The notes beneath the pieces were generated by a model. That model had not been told where the DNA came from. It did no database searches and saw only the letters and a list, made by a program, of their open reading frames with translations. DNA of 64,000 bases from the human T2T-CHM13v2.0 reference genome, Homo sapiens, in assembly GCF_009914755.1 (NCBI RefSeq), contig NC_060931.1, one strand, 5' to 3'. A program made the position numbers and the translations under genes. Positions 30,794-46,899 of the stretch are shown here, in pieces; the first letter of the stretch is position 1; every line of letters starts with the position of its first letter.

Positions 30794-33700
30794 TCTATCA
30801 CACATCACACAGTATACATTACAATATATTAGATTAATTAATCTAGTTATGTACTGAAAGATGACAAATACAGTTTTGTATGTATTTGTATTTTGAATTA
30901 TCATAAGATAATTAAATTATGTTGTCCAGGAGGCAATTAGAAGTAATGGATGTTATTAAAATTATTTTGGTTTATATTTTATATTTCAGAAATCTAAATG
31001 AATTTTAGATTTAGTGATTTTTACAACATATCTTTTGCCTTGCCATTAAAGACTACCTATCATTAATAGAATTTTTTGTCATTATCACTCATTTTTATTC
31101 CAATTGATAAAATGAGGATTTAAAATAAATGTTTATGTATTCCTTCCTTTTAAGTAAAATCTTTAGACATAGCATTACATTAGTAATTAGAGTTCTCTTA
31201 CTGTGAGTTCTCTGATTAAAATATGTAATGCTAAGTATTAAGAGAAAGATAGTGAATTTATTTCCTATTTTCCAGAAAACACATGATTTGCATTTTCTAG
31301 ATTTGTGATGAGTTTCGAAGTTATCAGTTTTCTATAAACAACAACAAAAAGAACACACTTCTTGATACAAATAGACGTTAAAAAATAACCTAAATTTCAA
31401 TTCAACATAACTGAAATTTCAGTTGCTTGAAATGTTTTTGGAGATTTGTTAAAAGTGATACACAAAGTGCTATATACAGTGTTCCAATCTGCATGGGTTA
31501 CATTGACCAACCTGTTTATGGCTGATAAATCATATTCTTATGAAATCATGTGACTTTCTATTCCTAGCTAATGATTAAGGCATTACATTTCTCTCTTCCT
31601 CAAAGGAAATGTAAACCAGGCTTATGCCACCTTTAATGCTTTAAATATTGTGACTGAATTTTAAACACTTCCATTGTTTGCTTAATGAGTTGCTTGGTAC
31701 TGTTCAGTCCTCACATCTGCGGCCTCTCGGTCCCCATGTGCAGGCCTAGCCCCGCTTGGTTCTAAGACCATTTAACTGGTATGTTGGAAAAGTAATAGAG
31801 GATCTCTATAAAGCATCAGCATTCATCCTGGTAATGGATATTTTTCCTCGTTCATCATTCATGAACCCTCATATTTTCTACCAATTCTGAGAATTTGGTA
31901 AAGAGCTGAAACCTTGCATTGGTGCCCTATGGAAGCTTACAATTAATCTAGGGCCGATATTGTAGTCATTATGTCTAGAGTTGTCACCATATATCCACCT
32001 GCCTGAGCCTCTACTGTGTCCCTGAGTACCCAGCTTTTGGTCCATACATCCAAACTTCCTCCTCTTGTTTACTACTGAAGCCTTCTTGAAGCATTCATGT
32101 TCCCACTGCAATAATATATTTATACTTCTTCTCATTCCAAAGGAGAGTTGAAGGAAATGGGACTATCTCTTTTCTGTATCCTACTGACCAATCCCATGGC
32201 TGTCAAAATACTAATAGAAACATTATACATTAATTATTGTTTACCCAATAAAAGTATATCTACTTGATATTTTAGTTGTGGCTGTAATTCTATATCTTGT
32301 TAATGTAATGTTTTCAGACAAAAACTCATATACACAAAAATCTACACAGATTTTAGTGGTCTCTATATTATGAATAATATTCTAATTGCTCTTTAAAATA
32401 AAGAATAACAGAGAAAAATAGAGAATAATTCTTCTGTAACATTCTTTCACACTTCTCTAAAGCTTCTTAAAAGAATATAATTTCCTTATATATTGCACAG
32501 ATGAAGGGATTTATTGATAATTTTTATTCATTCACATATCATTATATGGTTTTAAAATGTCAACTAGTATCTTTTAATGTAAAAGAAATACGTGATTTCA
32601 ACTTTAAGACAAATTTACAAATACATGCAATTTTAAACATTTTTTAAACATCAAAAACCACAACATTTCTATTCAGAAGTGTTTTTATAGTTACTTACAT
32701 TCAACATTTAAAATGCCAAAATATTTTTAAAATATGGCTCAGTTATTTTATATACATATATATGTCTCAATATTTCACGTGTTTTGACTGTAACTAATGG
32801 ATAACTTGTTTTGAGAAAAGGATATTGTAAATTATACTTGCCTTACTAAAGGATCTCAGATGTTTGCAAGTACAAAAGGGAAAACTATTCAGTGACAGAT
32901 TCTTTATTTTTATTTTGACCTTCATTAACAAAAGTAGTTCTAATTGTCACAGTTTTTTGACCTACAATGCTTATCTTTTCAGGTTTTCTCTTTGGTTGCT
33001 AAAGCACATTTAATTTTTGTAAACAAATTAGAATCTACTTAACACCCTATGATCAGCTGAATAATTCACGTAAGTCTTCCTCTGAGGGTTAACAAGCACC
33101 ATGCAGGTCAGGAACTGCAGCTCCACTCCATGTTTTTAAAACATTGATTTTTCATTGTGCTCAAACCTCAATTTATGCAATTAAATTCCACATACACATT
33201 TTCTTTATTTTCAGGAAGAATAAAAATATTTAAATAAAGATAACTCCCTAAATTGATTTCAATGTACAAAATAAAGAACTTTTAGACCTTGGACTATAGA
33301 GTTCAGCTTCCCAAAAAGATGGTAAAAAGGAAATACATTAAGGGTTATAAGCAGGGACTTCAGCTTTAGTCTACAGAGCTTAAAAGTGGTTGTGGGGATA
33401 CAATATATATTTTTAGATAAATAAAAAGGCAGGAGTATTTCAGGCAATGCTGCAGGTGACATCTACACATTTACACTGCCTGAGCTAAGGGATGTTTCTA
33501 AATGAAACTTGAATGAAAAATATCCTTTATTAAAATAGATCAATGTTTTGTCCAGCAGTTCTTAGATGATCCACTTGTTACTGGTAATTTCAGAAAAACA
33601 GAGCATTGTTCAGAACCTGAGGGAAAGCAGGTAGAAAAGGTTCATGGACACTGGGTAGTGAGCCAAAGCTGGAGGAAAGGTGCCCAGTACACAGTTAAGA

Positions 33701-35078
33701 ATAAGCAAGTGCTAGCCCCAAGCATTCCCCTCTGCTGCTAAAGTGTGCCTTTTAGGCCTTCTAAGTTCCTCATCTTAGATCTTTAGGTCTTTCTCTCCAC
33801 TGCTAACCTCAGACCTCAAGTATAATTTCTCATTTGCACAAAATACTGAATGCAGCATTTTTACTTTTGTAGACTGAAATCAATCTCTCTCTCTCTAAAT
33901 ATATATATATATATCTCTTTCTTCTTCTTTCTCTCTCACTTGTCTTATTTAATATTTGGTGTTGACATTATGACATGGACCCAAGTGATCACTACTAAGT
34001 ACTTTTTTACTCTGAAGTGTTTTAAACAAACAGTGCATTTCCTAAGGAAGTTGTGTAGAATCTGTGTATTCCTTAGCCCTTCTCCACTGCACGTGGTAAT
34101 TGGGGGCAGCCATATGGGTAGATGCCATAGGGATCACATGATACAAACCTAGTACTAAAACCTGTGAGGGACTGGGTGTGCAAATGATCAAGGTGGAAAT
34201 TTATTTGCGTCAATATTTCAAACTGGCTGTTAGCTACTGGTAGCAATAACACCCTGAAGTAAGTGTTTGAGAAAGGAAAGTATTCCCAAATATACTACTT
34301 ATTTGGGGTATTAAGAGGGACTATAATTATTTTTGTAGTATTAATCAAGTAAAACCCTGCTTTCTTACAGATGATATGGAAAGAATATATAAAATAAAGT
34401 AAAATTATAAAACAAATTATTGATTTTATCAACTTTTTCATTTGAAGATTTACATAACAGTAAACCAAATTAGAATAACATTAAATAATGTAATTTTTAG
34501 TCTACCCAAGTCCCAAACTTATTTTGAATAAATCATTTTAGAAGTGACTTGAATTATTAATAGCACTAATTAATGGCTGAAATTAATGCAGTATACTTTT
34601 TATTTTTCATGAAAAGATTTATAACACCTAAAGCTTAGCCTCATATACTCTGTAAAAGATCACCTGACCTAAGTTTTAAATCAATAATATTTTGCTACAA
34701 CTAAAATACATTAGCTTAAATTCACTTGTTTTTGCCAAAAATGTTGGTCTCCTGAAAAGCTAACTTTCTAAGACTATTTTCTCAGACCTCAGTAAGAACC
34801 AATAATTCTAAATTAAGTAATACCAAAATAAATGACACCCAACAAACAAAACACTGTCAGAGCAATACTGAAACTCACTCCCGTACCTGTCTTCTATGCT
34901 CCCCATTGTTTCCTGGTCCCAAGTACCCCAGAGGGCCTCTCACTGCACCACCCATCTATACATTTTTCCATACACAACTCTGTGAAAGTCTCCTCCATCC
35001 TAAGCTGTTCTGATTATGCCAGGGTGCCAACTTCTGCAGGGCAGTTTAGAAAGAGACCACACACACACACACACACAC

Positions 35079-35439
35079 TGCTATGGTTTGAATGTGTCCC
35101 TTCCAAAATTAAGTTGTTGCCAATGTGACAATATTAAAATGTGGGGCCTTTAAGAGGTGATTAGGCTCATGAGGACTTCTCCCTGGTGAATGGGATTAAG
35201 GCCCTCATAAAAGAGGTCCACAGAGAGGTCTGCTCTTTCTTGTCCTTTCACCTTCCACCGTGTGAGGACACAGCATCCCTCACCTTCAGAGAGTGCAGCC
35301 CTCACCAGACAAACGAACCTGCCAACACCTTGGTCTTTGACTTCCCAGCCTCCAGAATTGTGAGAAATAAATTGTCTGTTCTTTATAAATTACCCAGTAT
35401 TGGGTATTCTGTTATAGCAGCACAAAATGAATTAAGGCA
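35079..35439 (+). mobile_element. MaLR solo LTR (MSTC/MSTD-like), preceded by (CA)n
   Basis: tgctatggtttgaatgtgtccc...gacttcccagcctccagaattgtgagaaataaa...ttatagcagcacaaaatgaattaaggca; TG...CA ends. Confidence 0.88.
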
Positions 35440-38400
35440 CAACTATATACCAAAATGAAAAAATATAGGTTTTCTATCATATTTAAAAGATACTTTTTAA
35501 AAATTAATAATACTGAGATAGATGGCTTGAGATTTGTTGTGTTAGCAAAGGTTTTAAAACTGTTATGCCCGGTTTGGTCATGTAAACTAGGGTCTTTATT
35601 CTTTACTAGTACATGTATAAACTATAATAATTTGACAATCTGTATCAAGAATCTTAAAAATATTCATTCATCCTTTTAACTAAAGGACTGAATTTTAAGG
35701 AATGCACCATAAGGAATAACTCAGAGATGGGCAAAAAATATATACCTACAAGAATATCATTTACAGTATAATTTCATAATAAAAAAGGTAATGACCTAAA
35801 TAGCCAGTATTAAATGAATATTAAATACTTAAACCATACATATAGTAGAAATACATACCATTAAAATATATCAAAATTTCTGGGAATATTTTGTAAAATA
35901 AGAAAATCATCATGAGTATTATGAAGTGAAAAACATGATATAAAATTATTTAAGCTAAATTAAGTTTAAGTAATTTATTCATTCATCAACCATGTACTGA
36001 TACCTAGTATATAATACATGTTGAGTTAACAAAGATGACTAAGACAGCTTTTGCCTCAAGAAGTCCACATTTAAATGATAAGGGTAAGAGAGATACTTAA
36101 ACAATAAAGTACCCAAAATCATTACCAGTAATTTGGTGGAGGCACACACTGAATGCACAGGTGAAAATGAAAATAGAGTATTGTTGTTAAAGTGCTGACA
36201 TAAGTCAGGGAGGAGGATCACAAGAGCTTCATAGAGCAAGTGGTATTTGAACTGATTCTTGACAGGAGAGTAATTTTTGGATTCTGTAATCTTCTACTAT
36301 TATAGTTGTGGCTGTCTGTTGCTTATCTATCAGGCACTTCAAAGATGATATTACATTTTACTCCTCACAAGGACCTTTCTTTTTTTGTGTGGTTTCCCAT
36401 GAGTGTATACAAAAGCATAGTTCACTTATTGCAGGAAGATTTTCATAGCCTTATGGTCACAGGCTTTGGAATGTATGAAATTTTATTTTTTTTGTGAAGA
36501 GGAGCAATAAGAATTAACTATGGTAAATATTTCAGTAAGCATTATTGTATCTTAGGCAAGCCAGAGCTAAAGCACTTTCTAAACTCAAAGGAATTATTTT
36601 AAGTAATTTTGGAACTAGCTTACTTGCTTAATTTCTAGGCCTAACGTATATACTAACAACATATTTCTTACATACAAATGTTCATTGGTTTTCCTGCTAA
36701 GGCCCACAGTTGAGTCTTATATGTACCAAAGCATAAATGGTGTCATACGTGGCTCAAGATAAATAGAGCTGAGAATTGTATCTAATATTTGATTTTATTC
36801 TATATTTTGGGGCTCAAGTTGAAGGTAGTGGTTCTAGAACAATGGGCTGTATAAGAAAGTTAAACAAACTAACCATTTGGTCAAATGGCATGAAACTGAG
36901 GGACATGAAAAAGTATGGGATAGGAACAAATCAACATTTGGAACTCAAGCAGACAATCCTATGGAGACATTATAAGAGACTGATCAAGGAAATCAAGACC
37001 AGGTAGAAACTAGCTCTTAGCATACAGCTGGCAGATTTAGAAAGAACAAGAGGTAAAACTGGTAAGAATCCCTGATGTTGTTGAGAGCACCAGCAGGGAG
37101 CTGTCCTACGGTTTCATGGGTAGAGAGCGAGCTATTCAGAGTGTAAACCTTTCAGATAGCTGTCTCTGTGCCTTCGCCATGTGATGTCCCTTCATCTCTC
37201 ACCTCTCAGAGTTTTGCACATCCTTTGGAGGCCAGTACAAATGTAAATATCAGGCTTTTCTTGGCCCTTCCTTGCCCATCTCCAGCTCAGATAAGCTGGT
37301 CACTCCCCTTCACTGATAGCCCCGATTACACTGATTACAATTGCTATGTCTACATCTCCTTGAAAGATTATGAGCTCATACATGTCTATACTTCCCCATA
37401 GCTAAAGTTCAGTAAAATGTTTGTGCAGTAAATAAAGGGGCTTAGAGGGCACCACCCCAATGCTGCTGTTACTGTTATATTTGTAATAGATCAAAATGTG
37501 GAAATGGGGAGAATAACTTTGCTAGAAAGAAGAAATAGCCAACACTTTGTCTTCACCTCAGATTTAACTTTCCATTCCAGATGCCTTAATATGATGTAAC
37601 AAATAATAGGAGAAACACCATACACATGGACATGTAGGCAAAATTATTGATGATATTAGCTCAGCCCTAGGGTGGTTTAATTTCAACTTTCAGAAATGTG
37701 GATGTGAGTAGAATGGTAAGAGTCTCCATACATTTTCAAATGTAGAAAACCATTCAGAAAAATTTTGAAACATTTAAATATCCCTTAAAAGCACACAATT
37801 AAATTAGGAAGACTAAAGACTCCTCAAATCAGGTTTAATTCAGCCTTCTGCCAACTAAAATTTTTTCCCAGAATTTCCTCATTGTTCTGTTACAGCAATA
37901 CATTTTTATTCAAAATGAAGATGCTGAACTTCAAACTTCTGAAGACATTTCTGCAACACAATAAGCTGCAGATTAAATTATGTGGCATATGATGTTAATG
38001 TTAAGGATATTTTATTAGTTTACAATATTTTAAAACTTGGTGATTTGTGTGTAATGTCTCTTTTGTCCATTAACCAGACTTTGATTAAGAAAACAAATTT
38101 CCTATGCACATTAACCGACAGAATTATCAAGCACACACACACACACGAAACAATGCCATGCACTGTACACAAGTTATGTAAAGACCTTCAACAAAGAAAG
38201 AATATTTCAAGTTTTCCTCTGGGTTAAAATTGCTATTTTTATACTTAAGGAGTAAAATGCTTTGCGTGCTCATGATGCATTTAGGAGTAGCTAGTTTTCT
38301 TCCTCCTCAAGAGACTTTTTTACATTGGCCCGAGATTTAGGAAGAACCAAACATATATATGAATTCAAGTTAAAAATCCTATTGCACTAGTGGTAAAAGA

Positions 38401-39008
38401 AACCTACTGTATAAATCCCTGAATACTGACAGTCCTAATTTTCATCTCCTTCATCATATGCCCTAAGATATGTAGTATCTTCAGAAAAGTCATTTTTAAA
38501 GTACACGAGACAGAATGAGAACGTTTCCAAAGCCTATTTACTGTAATGCTTGCAAAGGATTTCATTTGAATATATTTATACTAGTTCTTTTACCTGCAAT
38601 AATAAATTTTAGCTCATTTCACAGCTGTATCCCATACAGCAGTGCACACTAAATATATCAGCTTAGCTGCCTGCGGACAAATATAATGATGCTTGCAGGT
38701 TCTCACTTGGATTCTTTCTGGGAAGAAAAGAAAAGGAAAACTACAGCTGGAATGCAATTCTCCCTTTAAAGGACACAGTGAAAGTCAGCATTTTCTATTG
38801 TTGATAATATGCCTATTCATGAAATTACATCAGTTTATATATTTGAAAAAGCTTTCCTGAAATTAAAAGTATACTGCAATATTGTATCAAAACACAACAC
38901 AGGTGGTCAGACAAGGGAGGTGGGAGAGAAAAGAACCACTGAGCATAATGAGAGACATTTGTAGAGACAGTGAGAGAAATCTGAGACTATAAAGGAGAAG
39001 AAAAGAAA

Positions 39009-39010
<2 letters not shown>

Positions 39011-39048
<38 letters not shown>
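39011..39048. repeat. (TG)n microsatellite followed by a GA-rich tract
   Basis: About 19 TG units. Confidence 0.95.
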
Positions 39049-39051
<3 letters not shown>

Positions 39052-40340
39052 GAGACAGAGAGAGAGATATGGGGAGAGGGAGAGAGAGTGCCCCTGTCAG
39101 GTTTTTTGGGAGACACACAGATGAAGAAGATTTAGAAAGTTTTGTTGTGTGGTGTTCAATTTAAACTCCTGCGTTATTTACTTTCAAGAAAATTCACAGT
39201 AAAAATCTATATAACCCTTTACAAAATGAATTTTAAAATGTAAATATACTGAAACTGAATATTTAGTTATAGCTTGAAGCAGCACTTTATACTTTTAAAT
39301 AAGATACATTGCATCATGAAACAATATGGGAATATACTTATATTTAATTATAGGGCAACGGATTGTTTAGATAAAATACGTTATCATTCACGTCACAAAA
39401 GTGAAGGAAACTGTAAGAGAAAATGGTAAAATCTCAAGAACATGGTAAAGTGATCAGTCAACATATCACATAGACAAAATATTTTTCAAAACACGTCTGT
39501 AATCATTTACTCTATCTCCCTGTGCTTGTGTGAAAATATTAAATGCAAACTTCAGTTATCACCTATTATTTATACCATATAATGCTAATTTAAGTCTTGG
39601 AGACTTATTCTTCACATAACTGGAGAGTATTTTCCCTGACCTTGGCTTCTTCAATCAAAATATTGAAGCATACTTTAAAGGACTTTATAGAAAATTTCAT
39701 TTTTAGGTATATCATAACATCAACAGACACCACGATATATGTCCTGGCTGCTGGTTTTAAACTAAGAGTGTGGTTTGGGTTAAATCACTTAACTTCAGGT
39801 ACCTGAGTTTATTCTTTCATGAAAGGAGAATTTATTATTAATGAAGAAATCGTGAGAATTTAGTAAAAGAACATGTATGCATGAGTGCTTGGGGAATTAT
39901 AGAGTACCATAAGAATACAAGGAAGTATTGTTATTCCATCCACTAAGCTGTGAAAACGATGTAGGCAACTTCCAAAACAGGTTAGCATTGAAAGTTTTTA
40001 TTGGTATAATTTAGATTTCTCTGCAACTTTAAAATACAAGTGATAAGTCATGAGAGCTCTGCCATCCCAACTACTTTATTTTTTTCTTTATTGAAGACTT
40101 CACTATGCGATCAGATTAAAAACTTGTTGGCATCCTACTAAGTGTGTTCATGATTATTTCAGCAGATTTTCTTCCTAAATGCACTTTTATTCTTATGAAT
40201 TAGGTCCCCTAAAACACTTTCCTATATTTTTAATTACTTATCTTCTAATTACATGTTTTTAAATGACAATTATATCATAACCGAAATTCACAAAAAACAT
40301 AGTATGTATTATGCTGTGCTGGGTTTAAAAAACATGGCTC

Positions 40341-41200
<860 letters not shown>

Positions 41201-44200
41201 GAATGGCTCTGTGATGGCAATCCCAAGTATTCAGCACGTGACAAACAAAGGAGATTCATCTCATTTATAATAACATGGCACAAAAGTAATTTTCACTCTA
41301 ATTTCCACATTTTTCATAAAATACTCAAAATAATTTAGCTTTTAGACGATGCTATCAGGGTAGAAAATTACCTCAAGAAGAATGATCTTGAAAGCTCTGA
41401 AAACTTTCATCATGATTTGGGAAATCATGACTTTCATGATTCTGCAGTGCTTGATCAACCAAGGTTGAAGGACCACCTTGTCTGCTTCATAGTATTTATT
41501 CTCTTCTTGTGGAACTTGCACAGCTGAAGCAGTTCAAAACCAGTTCTCTTATACAATGAGCCAAGAGAACTAAAGAAATTACATTAAATATTGCAGTAAG
41601 AGACAGGGAGAGAAATGTATCTTAGCAGCAGTCAAAGCTCTCCTTATGAATTATTTGATTTCATAAATCCAAATCCATTTTGATGACTCTCCCATTAGAG
41701 GTATGTAGTCACCACAGCAAACTCTCAAAAGAAGCTGTTTGATAAGAGTGATTGGATCTTCTGATCTTTGCTGCATTTCTGTGATTATCTGTGCCAGCTC
41801 ATGAGCAGCAGATGCCTTAATCCTGATTACTCCTCTCTCCACAGGGCCCATGAACTAATGGGAACAAATGAAGCACAGTGCATAGAGAAATGTTGATGTT
41901 GGCTGGAAACATGGTTGCTCAGACACTTTAATTTGAATTTGTTGTTACATATACTTTCATGTAGCCATTCCCTAAAACTCAAAAAAAAAAAGAATCTTTT
42001 AAAAATCTTTTCTACCCTCCATTTTTAAGCTTCATATTTTTGAAGACCTGATATGATTGTCAAAGGCAAAGGTTGTCAATCAATGCCCCATAGTCCAATT
42101 TTGGCCCACTAGATGTTGCAGTCAGCCAACGGTATTGTCCTTTATGAGATTTTTTTGTTTTTAGTTGAACCTTGTCTCTGATTGCAAGTGATGGACCTGC
42201 AGCAGGGTAAGGGAGTGGTATTACTTCTCTTAACCAGGTAGTCCACAGCAGAGAAGAGATCAGTATAGCCAGCCTTTATATCATGCCTCATCTACTCCCC
42301 TCATTTGTATTCCCTTTCACGGAACTCATCAGGGATGAGTTCTATACCTGTACATATAAATATATGTACATATATTTAAGCTTTACTTATTTTAATATTA
42401 CTTTAGTCAAAACTGCAGAGGAAAAAATAAAATATTACATCATTCTTATTAATAAACCTGAAAGGATGCTACGCTATTGAAGTTACTGCATTTAATTAGC
42501 ACTACCTAAGATAGCATTTCTCTTGGAAAGTTTGCAAGGAGAATTATAATAGTTCATTTAGATGAACAATCATATAAAACTCATATATTCACATCTGACT
42601 TAACATTTACAAATATATTCTTTCATTCCTGGCAATATTTTATAAACCCAAATGACTTGATCTCCTAGATTCTATGAATCAGAAAACAGCAAATAAACTT
42701 ATTATTATGAAAAGACTGTGTCATCCATCCATTCCCTTCTTCTCCAAACTCATACCCACCCTTCTTCCCACCCCAAATTATTTCCTACTTTTTGTTACTC
42801 CAAACTTCTTTCTATCCCTGGAAACATGCCATTTAATTTCTTCACAACTGTTCCTTCTCTGCCTGGAATTCTGTCTCTCTATAGCCTTTCTCCATTGTGT
42901 AAACTGCTTATCTTTCAAACTTGTGTCTTATGAAAGTTTTCCTTCCCTGTCTCATTTTGCAAGAGAATTACTCCCTCCTCCATTTTACATCCATATATGT
43001 TTCTATTTTTGTAATAAGTTCACTAGCCTCAAATAGTTTATTTACACAGGATAGAGAACTCCATGCTATTCATGTTTGTTCCCCTGCACCTGACACACAG
43101 ACCTTGCCATAAAATAGGTACTAAGTGCCTGCCAATTTTCCTCAGTTGAATTTGATTAACACAAACTGGGGAATAAAAGGTCACTTAATTCAGACTGTGA
43201 ATGGAGTCCCCTAAAATCGTTATGCAATGCAATGTATGTTTTTATACAGATACATGTAATCCACATTATTCCATCTGGGTCTGTTACCATTCCTGCCTCA
43301 ATGATGTCATAATCAATGGAAACTATTCACAAGTAATGTTTTAGAGAAATAGTGTTCATGGATATGCTGGCAGGTAGATGCTACTAGAAAAGTACTTCTT
43401 GGAAATTTGTGCAAGCATTGCAGTTTGAAAACATTGTACAGGCACCAGAGTGGCAAACACAGGAAGATGGTTAGACATAAAAAGGGTCTTAAAATAAAAA
43501 GCGATAACTTAGTGGAAAGTAATGCAAGGACTTTTATAATAGCTTTTATGAGTGGGTTATTGAGGAACATAAGCTTGGCACAAAACTTTGTAAAATAAAA
43601 TCTTAATATAAATTTTGTATAATATTTTAGTGAAAAAAGTGTATAATTGCACACATTTTTAAAAGTCACTACTATAAATACCACATAAAACCATATTTTA
43701 GGAGGTATAATTTTCTTAATATCAGGTAAAATTATGAAGTCCTGTGTGATAATTAAGCCATATATGATTGCATTATTTGCATGTGCCTGTATATATATGC
43801 ATGCATCTAGATATGCAGACATGTATACATGTGTGATTATGCTTATAATGGTGCATCAAATTATTATTGTGATTCTGTCAGAAGTTTACAAGTGCTACAC
43901 AAATTTTAAAGAATGTACAAATAAATGGGTTGTAATGGACATGAAATAGTTGAATAGCTGTCTCTCTTTCAAGCTGGTAGACAACATTTTCATTTCCTTC
44001 AGAAGATTTTGAACCACGTATATTGACATGTGAAAGTAGGATATTCATATATCACACACACACACATAATGCATTTCAGGAGAGGAGTTTAAGAAAGGAA
44101 GTCTGATCACTCATCGTATACTTCCAACATCCTTTCATTCACAGCATCACCGAGCAGGAAAGTCTTGCCAAGAATAATCTCGGGTTTTACAAGCAAAGGA

Positions 44201-45937
44201 ACTTTGGAACCCACAGTCCCACTTAGAGACTCCAACCTCCAGCATTGCCTGCATGGCTAAGATATGCACAATCACAAGTAAAAACAAAACACTGGGGCAG
44301 AATGTCTCTGCATTTAAAAACCATACTTTGAACAACCTTACAGTAAGGCTGAGCTTTGTAATTACACTGTTGACTCTGACCAGAGGTAGAGAACAGAGCA
44401 ATGTCAGATGCAGAGAAGCTTGACATTCATATGCAGATCCAAGGAGGAAGAGGAATCAAAGTAAAAAAGGAAAGGACACAGATAGATTCAGGAGACAAAT
44501 TCTGTACCAGTGAGCAGTTCACACTAGGATTATAGCCAAGTAAGGGATAACATTTACTGAGCAGTTACTTGTGCCAGGCACCATCTAAGTACACTGTAGA
44601 TTTATCTCAAGCTATCTTTAAATAATCTGTAGAGGTAGTTACTAATATCATATCACATGGTATAGCTACAAAATAAAAGACAGAGATTAGAAATCATATT
44701 CCTAATAAATAACAAAATTAGGTCAAAATTCATGCACTTCTGGCTCAGAAGTCTGTTCTTAAACATCTTTTTACTGACTACACACACACACAGGCAAATG
44801 CACACAAACATATATTTATTTAACTAGTTATTGATTAGGTGCTTCTTTCATTCCAAGCTATGCATTCAATTCTTTGCAACTAATCTGGAAATCCCTGAAT
44901 ACAGTGGACCTCTGTAACGTTTATAGTCACACTCTGATTTTTGTAGAGAAAATAAAAATGACTTTTAAATAGTGCAAATCAAATAGTCACCATTTGTGTT
45001 CTGATACCACTTCTTCTCTGGTGCAATAGAGAACATACCTACAAACACATCCATCTACAATACTCAGAATGTCCTGTTATTTGCTAGCGCTATAATAGCC
45101 CAAGGGAAAACATTTTCTACAGACTACACAGAACAATTAGAAAGCCCTGTATTGGCCACATACCATAAGTTAAACTATTTTAGCTACATAATCAATGTCT
45201 GTGTCCAATACATTTGCTTGGGAAATTTAATTTTCCATCAAGCAGTATTGTTCTACGTTAGGCTGTTAATAGTGTACTATATTTCTATTCTTACGCACAC
45301 CAACTATCCACTTCTGGGTCATTGTTTACCTGTCTCCTTCCTGAGGGCGCTCAACAATGTGTGTCAACGGGAAGGTCATGGGAGCAACCTAAGTAGCAGG
45401 CTGACTTAACAGCTTGGTTTCCAGGTCAACTTACTAGGGCTTCAGCACAGTGGACCTTCACTGTTTCCCAGAAGTTCAGAAAAATGTTGCATCTCCCACT
45501 TTTTCCCAGACAATGGCTTCCTCAGTGCAAAGCAAGGAAAAGTAGATATGCAGCTACATGATTTATTAACCATACCAGAGTCCGCTAGGGATACAGGAGG
45601 TATGTATTACACTTGAAAATCTCACCAGCTTGCAGGCTTAACTTAATCTTTATTATATTTGCCTATTTCCTTCTACTTTGGGATATCATTCATCACGCCC
45701 AGGATACTCCTCTCAAGAGGGAACAAAGTGTAGGACCATCTACATTTATTCCTTACTTAATTCCCATGTGGTTTTTTTTCATTATTGAACAATTATCTTC
45801 AGTATGTGTCATTCTACCAGAACAATAAAAAGTGGAATATGTGCAGCACACTCTGGACTGAGACTTTGAACTCCGCCAGCTAAGAGTTGGCTACCTACTC
45901 TTGCTACTATTACTCCTACAATTAAAAGAATGCAGAT

Positions 45938-46890
45938 CTATCACCAAAGAATATCTGCAGATGACAAGCAAATGAAAAGATGACAAGCAGATGAAACATC
46001 ATGTTAGTAGGGAACTGCAAATTGAAACAAGATATGCATCCATTAGAATGGCTAAAATAAAAAATACTAAAAGCACCAAAAGTTGGTGAGGAGTGGAGAA
46101 ATAGGAACTCTCATTCACTGCTGGTGGAAATGCAAAATGGAACAGCCACTTTGGAAGGCAGTTTGGCAGTTTCTTATAAAGCTAAATATATTCTTGCCAT
46201 ATGATCCAGCAGCATGCTCCTTGGTATTTACGCAAATGAACTAAAAACTTACATCCACACAAAAATATGCACATGAATATTCATAACTGCCCAAACTTGG
46301 AAGCAACCAAGATGCCTTTAAATAGGTAAGTGAATAAACAAACTGTAGTATAGCCAAAGGATGGAATATTGTTCAGCGCTCAAAAGAAATGAGCTGTCAA
46401 GCCACGAAAAGGCATGTAGAAAACTTAAACACTTACTGCTAGTGAAAGATGCCCAACTGAAAAGGCTACATACGGTATGATTCCAACTATATAACGTTCT
46501 CCAAAAAGCACAAATATGGAGACAGTAAAAAGATATGTCTTTGCTAGGGATTTGGGAGGAGGAAGGGAGAAATAGAAGGAGCACAGGGAATTTTCCGGGT
46601 AGTAAACCTATTCTATATAATATGGTAATGGTGGATAAATATCTCTACATATCTGTTAAAAATCCTTAGAATGTGCAATCCAAAGAGTGAATCCTAATGT
46701 AAACCATGGACGTTGGTTAATAATAATGTAGTAATATTGGTTCATCAATCGTAACAAATGTACCACACTAGCGCAAGATTCTGATAGTAGAAGAAAATAG
46801 TGGGAGAATGGGAACATAAGGCAACTCTGTACTTTCTGCTTAACTTTCTGTAAGTCTAACACTGCACCAAAAAGTCTATTAAAAATAAAA
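45938..46890 (+). mobile_element. L1MC1-like 3' end
   Basis: ggaactctcattcactgctggtggaaatgcaaaatgg...aaacttggaagcaaccaagatg...agagtgaatcctaatgtaaac...aaagtctattaaaaa. Confidence 0.85.
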
Positions 46891-46899
46891 TCATTTTAA

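Noticed and set aside
37090-37101. CTCF-like ccagcagggagc
   Set aside because: Mismatch at a near-invariant G; not supportable without ChIP data.
45441-45461. RE1/REST-like ttcagcacagtggacct
   Set aside because: Mismatches at conserved positions in both half-sites.
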